Below, piece after piece: positions 15,245-21,558 of a DNA stretch of 21,558 nt. The position numbers were made by a program, and so were the translations under genes. The notes under the pieces are model-generated. The model was not told where the DNA came from and did not search any database. It worked only from the letters and a program-made list of their open reading frames with translations. This DNA is from an uncultured archaeon (GTDB lineage Archaea > Asgardarchaeota > Lokiarchaeia > Sigyniarchaeales > SOKP01): the NCBI GenBank assembly GCA_964493715.1, contig CAZBPC010000058.1, positions 1-21,558 of the forward strand, in the 5' to 3' direction. The number at the start of each line of letters is the position of its first letter. Within the stretch, counting starts at the first letter, position 1.

Positions 15245-16633
15245 ATGAAATTCGCTATATTAAACGGATCACCAAAGGGGACCGCAGAAAGTGTATCAAT
15301 GCAATATATTTTATATATCAAGAAGAAACACCCAGAACATGAATACATTTTCTTAGATGTCGCTCAAAGAATCAAAGTGATTGAAAAAAATAACGATAAA
15401 TTTAACGACATAATCAATACTATAAAAGAATCAGATGGAGTTATATGGGTGTTCCCCGTATATGTAATGCTTGTATGTTCCCAATACAAACGATTTATAG
15501 AGTTAATTTTTGTGAGAAACAAGCAATATGTTTTCAAAGACAAATATGCTGCTGTTTTATCAACTTCAATTCATTTTTATGACCATACAGCTCAAAATTA
15601 CATCCATGCAATTTGTGATGATCTTGAGATGAAATATGTTGGAAATTTCCCTGCAGATAGCTGGGATTTATTATATTCAAAAAGAAGGGCTCGTTGGTTA
15701 CTATTTGGAGAAAAATTTTTTGAAGCTATTGAAACCAAGCAACCTACAAGTCAACATTATCAAAAAGAGCAAATTAGAGAATTTAATTATGAACCTGGAG
15801 TCTTGACCCAAGAAAAAATTGATACTCAGGGCAAAAAAGTACTCATTGTTTCAGAAGATACCAGCGATTCTACTAATTTGGGAAAAATGGTGAAGCAGTT
15901 CGTAAAATCATTTTCAGATAAGATCGAGGTTATCAATATTTATGATCTTGATATCAAGGGTCCTTGTATCGGTTGTATACATTGTGGATACAACCATGAA
16001 TGTATTTATAAAGATAAAGATGGATTCACTGATTTTTGGACAAACAAAGTGATGAAAGCAGATATCTTAATATTTGCAAGCATTATAAAGGAGAGATACA
16101 TGTCATCGAGGTGGAAGTTAGTTTATGATAGAGCTTTTTTCAATAACCATACCCCTACCTTAATAGGAAAGCAATTATGTTACATTATATCTGGTCCTCT
16201 CAGCCAGAATCATAATATTGAAGAAATGCTCATGGCCCACATTGAATACCAAGACTCTAATTATGTTGATGGAGTTACCGATGAATTTGGTGACTCAGCA
16301 CATATCGACTCTCTTCTATATAATTTAGCTAAACAAGCAGTTGATTTTTCAGTTTCTGATTATATAAAACCAATTTCATTTTTGGGAGAAGCAGCTATGA
16401 AATCTTTCAGGGATGATGTGTATGGTAGGAATCGTTTTGTATTTTTAGCCGATCATGAATATTATGAAACTCATGGTGTTTATGATACATTCCCTCAAAA
16501 TGATGAGAGAGCCAAAAAAATGAATGCAAAACTCATTCCGTTGTTAAAAATTGATAAAGTCAGAAAAAAAATTAATATGAAAGAAGAATTTCTAAAACCT
16601 TTTAAAAGAGTACTTGAAGATCCGAGGAAATAA
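15245..16633 (+). CDS. Tandem flavodoxin-fold NAD(P)H-dependent FMN reductase / iron-sulfur flavoprotein
   Basis: N-terminal domain ILNGSPKG...FPVY. The second domain carries the Isf-type Cys motif CIGCIHCGYNHEC. ATG at 15245. Confidence 0.82.
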   Translation: MKFAILNGSPKGTAESVSMQYILYIKKKHPEHEYIFLDVAQRIKVIEKNNDKFNDIINTIKESDGVIWVFPVYVMLVCSQYKRFIELIFVRNKQYVFKDKYAAVLSTSIHFYDHTAQNYIHAICDDLEMKYVGNFPADSWDLLYSKRRARWLLFGEKFFEAIETKQPTSQHYQKEQIREFNYEPGVLTQEKIDTQGKKVLIVSEDTSDSTNLGKMVKQFVKSFSDKIEVINIYDLDIKGPCIGCIHCGYNHECIYKDKDGFTDFWTNKVMKADILIFASIIKERYMSSRWKLVYDRAFFNNHTPTLIGKQLCYIISGPLSQNHNIEEMLMAHIEYQDSNYVDGVTDEFGDSAHIDSLLYNLAKQAVDFSVSDYIKPISFLGEAAMKSFRDDVYGRNRFVFLADHEYYETHGVYDTFPQNDERAKKMNAKLIPLLKIDKVRKKINMKEEFLKPFKRVLEDPRK

Positions 16634-16637
16634 TATT

Positions 16638-16826
16638 ATGACATGGGGTGGAAGTTTATCAAAAGAGGGATCTGAACATATTAGACAACTAAGAGAAGCT
16701 GATAATGTTATTAAATTTCTAGAGAAATTTAAAGAAGAAGCTAATGAAATTGACAAAAATATTATTTCAAGAACAATCGATTTAATTGTAAATAGGTTTA
16801 CAACTCAAAAAAACTCTAAGAATTAA
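16638..16826 (+). CDS. Small hypothetical protein (62 aa, predicted helical)
   Basis: The ATG lies 4 bp after the upstream stop with GAGG just before it. It fills the gap to a convergent gene and has charged amphipathic composition. Confidence 0.55.
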   Translation: MTWGGSLSKEGSEHIRQLREADNVIKFLEKFKEEANEIDKNIISRTIDLIVNRFTTQKNSKN

Positions 16827-17398
16827 TGGAATTTCTCAATAATTAATTTTTCAATCATTTTTATTAGTTGATCAGCAACATTTTGAATAGTTTCTGTGAG
16901 ATTAATCTTGAAAAAGGGTAAATCTATATTTTCGCTAAATTCCTCCAAAGTTATATCACCTTCGCCAAATTGTTTCAATTCTATAAAACCTTCAAGACTT
17001 TCAGGAACTATCCCTATCATGAATACATCTAAGTCTGGGAGTTTTTCTATTATAAAATCAATTACAATATGAACGGGGATTGTATGGGTGGAAATTGGTA
17101 CATATTCACCTATATTTTCTCGTGCTAATATGGCAACAGTACCGGGAGGACCATTTAACGTGCAAGTATCAATCAAAACAAGATGTGATGGAGCAAAAGA
17201 GACTATATCTTCAACACGAGACATTGGATCTATGCCGGCATTGATGAAAAGAACATTTTCATTAGCGTGGGGAAATAACTCACTAATAATATATGGTCCT
17301 ACCCCATCATCAGTTAATTTTTCCTCCCCGATCCCCATAAAAACGATCTTAGAAGCATTTGATAACCTATTTGATAATTTTACAAAGAAATCATTCAT
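16823..17398 (-). CDS. hycI: Hydrogenase maturation endopeptidase (HycI-like)
   Basis: IVFMGIG..KLTDDGVG, LVLIDT, PGTV, ISTHTIP and IGIVPES motifs. Confidence 0.85.
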   Translation of the reverse strand: MNDFFVKLSNRLSNASKIVFMGIGEEKLTDDGVGPYIISELFPHANENVLFINAGIDPMSRVEDIVSFAPSHLVLIDTCTLNGPPGTVAILARENIGEYVPISTHTIPVHIVIDFIIEKLPDLDVFMIGIVPESLEGFIELKQFGEGDITLEEFSENIDLPFFKINLTETIQNVADQLIKMIEKLIIEKFH

Positions 17399-17480
17399 TT
17401 GTAGTAAGATAAATGAATTATCCTAATTTAATTAGATGAAAGTAAATCTTAAATTTTTAAAAAATTTGAAATATATTACT

Positions 17481-18362
17481 ATGCTCTTAAAAGATAAAAA
17501 TATTGTTATCACGGGTGCTGGTCGAGGAATTGGAAAAGCTATTGCAATAGCTTGTGCTAAAGAAGGAGCAAACCTCGGACTCATATCAAGAACATTAGAA
17601 GAACTCGAACAAACTAAAAAAGAGATAGAGGATCTATCTTTAAATGTAAAAATAATTATCAACAGTACAGATATTACCAAATATGAGGACGTTGCTGAAG
17701 CATTTACGCTATTTAATGAGGATTTAGGACTCCTTAATGGAGTTATTGCTAATGCGGGAGCATCCAGGATGGGATCTACCCATGAATTCGATAACGACAG
17801 ATTTTCAAATATTATTAATGTAAATATTCTTGGGGTATATCATACTTTTAAAGCTTGTTATCCGTATCTGAAAAAAGATGATAAAAATTCTAAAGCACGT
17901 TTTTTAATTACTGGGAGCGCAGCATTTCCTAATGCAATGCCAAAATTTGCAGCTTACACGGCAACAAAATACGCAACAGTTGGATTGCAGAGATCCATAG
18001 CTTTAGAGTATAAAAAAGAAAATGTCACTTTCAATCAAATTCTACCAACCATGGTCGATACGAGATTATTGCGAGGAAGAAGTACTGGTGATGGAAATAA
18101 ACCTGACAATGTAATGAATCCTTGGGATCTTAATGATTACTATCTATTTTTTATGTCTGACCTATCAAACAAAGTAAATGACCAGTTAATATATACCAGT
18201 GATTTCCAAGAGATCAAATCTCTAATTTCTAAAGCTCCAAGTAATATAACCGAGAGTTGGGATGTTTTTAAAGATTATCTAATGGAAAAAGCTCCTAAAA
18301 TTTATGATAATGTGAAAAAATTAGGACAATTAGTAGATTTTATCTTAAGTCGACCCAAATAA
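17481..18362 (+). CDS. Classical short-chain dehydrogenase/reductase (SDR)
   Basis: TGAGRGIG, ANAG, catalytic YTATK and PTMVDT. ATG at 17481 (MLLKDKNIVITG) is preferred over 17436. Confidence 0.92.
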   Translation: MLLKDKNIVITGAGRGIGKAIAIACAKEGANLGLISRTLEELEQTKKEIEDLSLNVKIIINSTDITKYEDVAEAFTLFNEDLGLLNGVIANAGASRMGSTHEFDNDRFSNIINVNILGVYHTFKACYPYLKKDDKNSKARFLITGSAAFPNAMPKFAAYTATKYATVGLQRSIALEYKKENVTFNQILPTMVDTRLLRGRSTGDGNKPDNVMNPWDLNDYYLFFMSDLSNKVNDQLIYTSDFQEIKSLISKAPSNITESWDVFKDYLMEKAPKIYDNVKKLGQLVDFILSRPK

Positions 18363-18439
18363 CTTTTTTTTACTTTATTTAAAATAATCTATATAGAAAA
18401 AATTCATTAGAGATAATATCATATAGATATACATAGAAA

Positions 18440-19057
18440 ATGACCGAAAAATTAAATGACAAAGCAGAGAAAACGCAAGTAGAAGGAATCATCAAGGAAG
18501 ATAGAGTGATAATTTCTGATCCAGATGCAATTCAAGAATTCTATTACAATTCTTATATAGGAGAACTTGAAAGAGAAGAACCAGACACCGAAAGGTTGAG
18601 CCTTAACTCAGTCGAAGTTTTATTATTATCTGAAAGAAAAAGATTGTTGATCTATATAGATAATGATAAAAAAAAAGATATTTATGATTTTGAAAACCTC
18701 TTGATTTACTTCTCTCATTATGATGATAAGCTATGGCATAAATACGTAATTTACATGGATTTAAGAAAAAGAGGATATTTGGTTCGTAGTGGATATGGTG
18801 AGGGTATTGAATTCCGGGTTTACAAACGAGGGGCTAATTTTGAGACTGATTCCGCGCGATATCTCATTTATCCCGTGTTTGAGGGAAGCCCCATCGAATT
18901 ACGCGATCTTGATAAAATCTCAAGAGTAGCTCTTAGTTCGAGAAAAGATCTCATAGTTGCTACGGTTGATCGTTTAAGTAGACCTATATATTATAGTGTC
19001 AATAAGTTTGAAATTATTAATAATGTAGAAATAAATGAAGAAGATTATGCCCGATAA
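18440..19057 (+). CDS. endA: tRNA-intron (splicing) endonuclease subunit, probably the structural (non-catalytic) type
   Basis: LSLNSVEVLLL, YVIYMDLRKRGYLVRSG, FRVYKRG and RVALSSRKDLIVATVD motifs. The catalytic His position is Ser. Confidence 0.88.
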   Translation: MTEKLNDKAEKTQVEGIIKEDRVIISDPDAIQEFYYNSYIGELEREEPDTERLSLNSVEVLLLSERKRLLIYIDNDKKKDIYDFENLLIYFSHYDDKLWHKYVIYMDLRKRGYLVRSGYGEGIEFRVYKRGANFETDSARYLIYPVFEGSPIELRDLDKISRVALSSRKDLIVATVDRLSRPIYYSVNKFEIINNVEINEEDYAR

Positions 19058-20693
19058 ATTTGCCTGCGATACATCTGTAATATTCAACGGAAGGATCATA
19101 GACTTAATAGAAGATGGTGATCTGGGAGAACATCCTGAGATATACATATCAAATATTGTTGTTGCTGAAGTTGAGTATCGGACAAATATTCAAAAAGAAA
19201 TAGGATTTTTTGGTTTAAACGTGCTGAAAAGGTTAAGACAACTTCATAATGAAGGAAAAATAATACTTAATCTCATTGGTCATCGTCCAACTCGAGAAGA
19301 AATAAAAATGGCACCAGGAGGAGAATTAGATTCACTCATCAGAAGTGGAGCTCGTGATAATAATGCCATTTTAATTACTGCTGACAGGATTCAAGGAGAT
19401 GTGGGAATTTTTGAAGGAATGGAGATAATACAAGTTAAAGAAAAAAGATCTTCCTCTTCAAAAACCGAACCTTCACATTTGAAAATTCTGGATTACTTTG
19501 AAGAAAATACAATGAGCATCCATTTAAAAAGAGGACTTAGAGCTTATGCTAAAAAGGGTAGTCCGGGAAATTGGTTTATGGAACAAGTCGGATTAGAAAT
19601 CATCAATAAGAAACTAATTGAAGAAATTGCAATAGAAATCGTTGAATATGTGCGAGAGGATCCATATTCTTTTCTGGAAATAGAAAAATTTGGTGCAGTT
19701 GTTGCCCAATTGCGAGAATTCAGAATCGTGATAACTAGGCCTCCTTTTTCAAAAGATATCGAAATAACAGCAGTACGACCACTAGTTAACTTGACACTAA
19801 AAGATTATGCAATAAATAATAGACTTAAAAAACGACTATCTAAAGCTGAAGGAATATTAGTTGCTGGTTCACCAGGTGCCGGAAAAAGCACGTTTTCAGC
19901 AGCATTGGCTAATTATTACTCAAAGCAAGATAAAGTTGTGAAAACACTTGAGAGTGTGAGAGATCTACAAGTTGATCCTGAAATCACACAATACACAAAA
20001 CTAGAAGGAAGCCTTGAAAATTCAGCAGATATACTCCTTTTAGTACGTCCTGATTTTACTATTTTTGATGAAGTCCGGACCACAAAAGACTTTCAGATTT
20101 TTTCTGATTTTAGATTATCTGGAGTCGGTATGGTAGGAGTTGTGCATTCCGCATCCGCTATTGATGCAATTCAAAGATTTATTGGAAGAATTGAACTTGG
20201 AATGCTTCCCTCAATAATAGATACGATCATTTTTATTGAAGCAGGAGATATTGCAAAAGTGCTAATCATTAAAATGACTGTAAAAGTGCCGCATGGATTC
20301 CGTGATAAAGATCTGGCAAGACCGGTCATAGAAGTTAGAGATTTCTCAACAAATGAATTAGAATATGAAATGTATTCCTTCGGACAAGATATTGTGGTCA
20401 ATCCTATAAATCCTACTCGTTCAAAAAGACAAAATAGATTCGAAGAATATGATAAACAATACAATGATAAACACATCGAATTGGATGTTCAAGTTTTTAA
20501 TCAAAAAGTTAAGATTAAAGCTGATCAGGTTTATGCAAGCAAGAATATCGTAATTTATTCAGGTGATCGATTAATCTTTGCAGGATCATTGAGTAGAAAT
20601 GCTGAAATGTCACTTTCATTATCAAGCAAAGATGGAAGAAAAGTCGCTAAAGAATTTAATAAAAATATGGAAATATACGGAAAACTCAACTGA
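19047..20693 (+). CDS. PIN-domain P-loop ATPase (PINA / PINc-VapC family ATPase)
   Basis: PIN motif DTSV...VAEVE...DSLIR..LITAD. RIVITRPPFS, EITAVRP, Walker A GSPGAGKST, Walker B TIFDEVR and GVVH. The start at 19047 or 19035 overlaps the end of endA. Confidence 0.92.
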   Translation: MPDKFACDTSVIFNGRIIDLIEDGDLGEHPEIYISNIVVAEVEYRTNIQKEIGFFGLNVLKRLRQLHNEGKIILNLIGHRPTREEIKMAPGGELDSLIRSGARDNNAILITADRIQGDVGIFEGMEIIQVKEKRSSSSKTEPSHLKILDYFEENTMSIHLKRGLRAYAKKGSPGNWFMEQVGLEIINKKLIEEIAIEIVEYVREDPYSFLEIEKFGAVVAQLREFRIVITRPPFSKDIEITAVRPLVNLTLKDYAINNRLKKRLSKAEGILVAGSPGAGKSTFSAALANYYSKQDKVVKTLESVRDLQVDPEITQYTKLEGSLENSADILLLVRPDFTIFDEVRTTKDFQIFSDFRLSGVGMVGVVHSASAIDAIQRFIGRIELGMLPSIIDTIIFIEAGDIAKVLIIKMTVKVPHGFRDKDLARPVIEVRDFSTNELEYEMYSFGQDIVVNPINPTRSKRQNRFEEYDKQYNDKHIELDVQVFNQKVKIKADQVYASKNIVIYSGDRLIFAGSLSRNAEMSLSLSSKDGRKVAKEFNKNMEIYGKLN

Positions 20694-20770
20694 CTCCTTT
20701 CCATTTCATTTAAAAACAATTCTATTACATTTTAAAGATATAAATCTTAATAATCTTTAATTACCAGATT

Positions 20771-21526
20771 TTATGAAATAGATAATAAATCTTTGACTTT
20801 AGCTACGATAACTGGAAGAACTTCATTAATGTCTTCATAAAATCTTAGATCTGGTTTAATATATGGAGGAATTTCTCCACGGTTTAAAATAATTAGTTTG
20901 GCACCATTTTCTTGAGCATTTCTTGGAAGTAGGGCGGCAGGAGTGACTACTAATGAAGAACCTATTACAAAAAAAACATCAGATTTTTCTGCCCTTCTAA
21001 ATGATTCTTCCAATACATCTCCCGGTAATGAGTCTCCAAAATTAACAATACTTGATACAACTCTTCCACCACATTTAGGACAACTTGGCTGAGCATTTTT
21101 CACGCGATTTGTCCGATATCCTTGACCCCATCTCTTTTTATCCCATCCAATTTCTTCAAAAGTCATTTTCTGGTTACATTCCAAACAATTCATAAAATAC
21201 ATGTTCCCATGCAGTTCTGCCAATCTTTCAAAAGGTATTCCAGATTTTGCATGTAATCCATCAACATTTTGAGAGATTAAATAATCTAATTTACCTAAAT
21301 TGAGTAATTCTACTATAAGATAATGCCCTTGATTTGGTTTAACTTGATCCCACGGTGGAGATTTCGGAGGAGGTAAACCCATATCTCTTCTGGTCCATAC
21401 TCCATCTGGTCCTCTATAATCCGGTAATCCACTATCTGTTGAAATTCCCGCACCAGTAAAAATTACTAAATTTTGGGACTCAGCAATCCATTTTGCTGCT
21501 ATTTCTATTCTTTTTTTTAATTCCAT
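20771..21526 (-). CDS. NAD-dependent sirtuin (Sir2 family), class IV (SIRT6/7)-like
   Basis: [40 protein letters not shown]/CPKC zinc site, NFGD, [9 protein letters not shown] and ILN motifs. Confidence 0.93.
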   Translation of the reverse strand: [251 protein letters not shown]

Positions 21527-21558
21527 ATGACGAGTATAAATTTGAGAAAAATAAATTT

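Noticed and set aside
19047-19440. PIN domain as a VapC toxin of a toxin-antitoxin pair
   Set aside because: The PIN domain is fused to the ATPase as in PINA, and the upstream gene is endA, not an antitoxin.
13389-20476. ORFs 13389..13664, 17088..17426, 17432..17680 and 20171..20476
   Set aside because: Antisense to strongly supported genes (DUF362, hycI, SDR and PINA).
20771-21526. Sirtuin as an antiphage NADase (Thoeris/DSR/Sir2-HerA type) paired with the neighbouring ATPase
   Set aside because: It has the zinc-binding module and catalytic HG of housekeeping deacylases, is standalone, and is convergent with a PINA-type rather than HerA-type ATPase.
1-21558. CRISPR arrays, tRNA/rRNA genes, IS elements, and selenocysteine or pyrrolysine read-through
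   Set aside because: I saw no regularly spaced repeats, GC-rich structured RNA segments, transposase motifs or truncated genes needing read-through. A small ncRNA in an intergenic gap cannot be excluded without a covariance-model search.

Overview
AT-rich archaeal window with about 23 protein-coding genes. No rRNA, tRNA, CRISPR array or IS element could be recognised. The gene content points to an Asgard archaeon, most likely Lokiarchaeia (inference): Sm-like protein plus rpl37e, tRNA splicing endonuclease, PINA ATPase, a Roadblock/LC7 protein, a ubiquitin-like protein ending GG-F, and a Loki-type LRR protein. Metabolic genes include a 2-hydroxyacyl-CoA dehydratase/benzoyl-CoA reductase-type pair, gamma-carbonic anhydrase, nadA, a redox cluster (flavin reductase, DUF362-ferredoxin, RdhA/QueG-like Fe-S protein, double flavodoxin), HycI and an SDR. 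The strongest candidates for new biology are: (1) a CorA/RMD1-like coiled-coil plus two-TM protein fused to an intact ADP-ribose-type Nudix domain, divergent from nadA, which may be a TRPM2-like channel-enzyme; (2) a SIRT6/7 (class IV)-like sirtuin; (3) an LRR protein ending in a PCNA-binding PIP box; (4) a ubiquitin-like precursor divergent from a wHTH-zinc-ribbon regulator, with a tandem palindromic site between them; (5) an EndA subunit lacking the catalytic His, coupled to a PINA lacking its KH domain. All family calls come from motif recognition by eye; no database searches were run.
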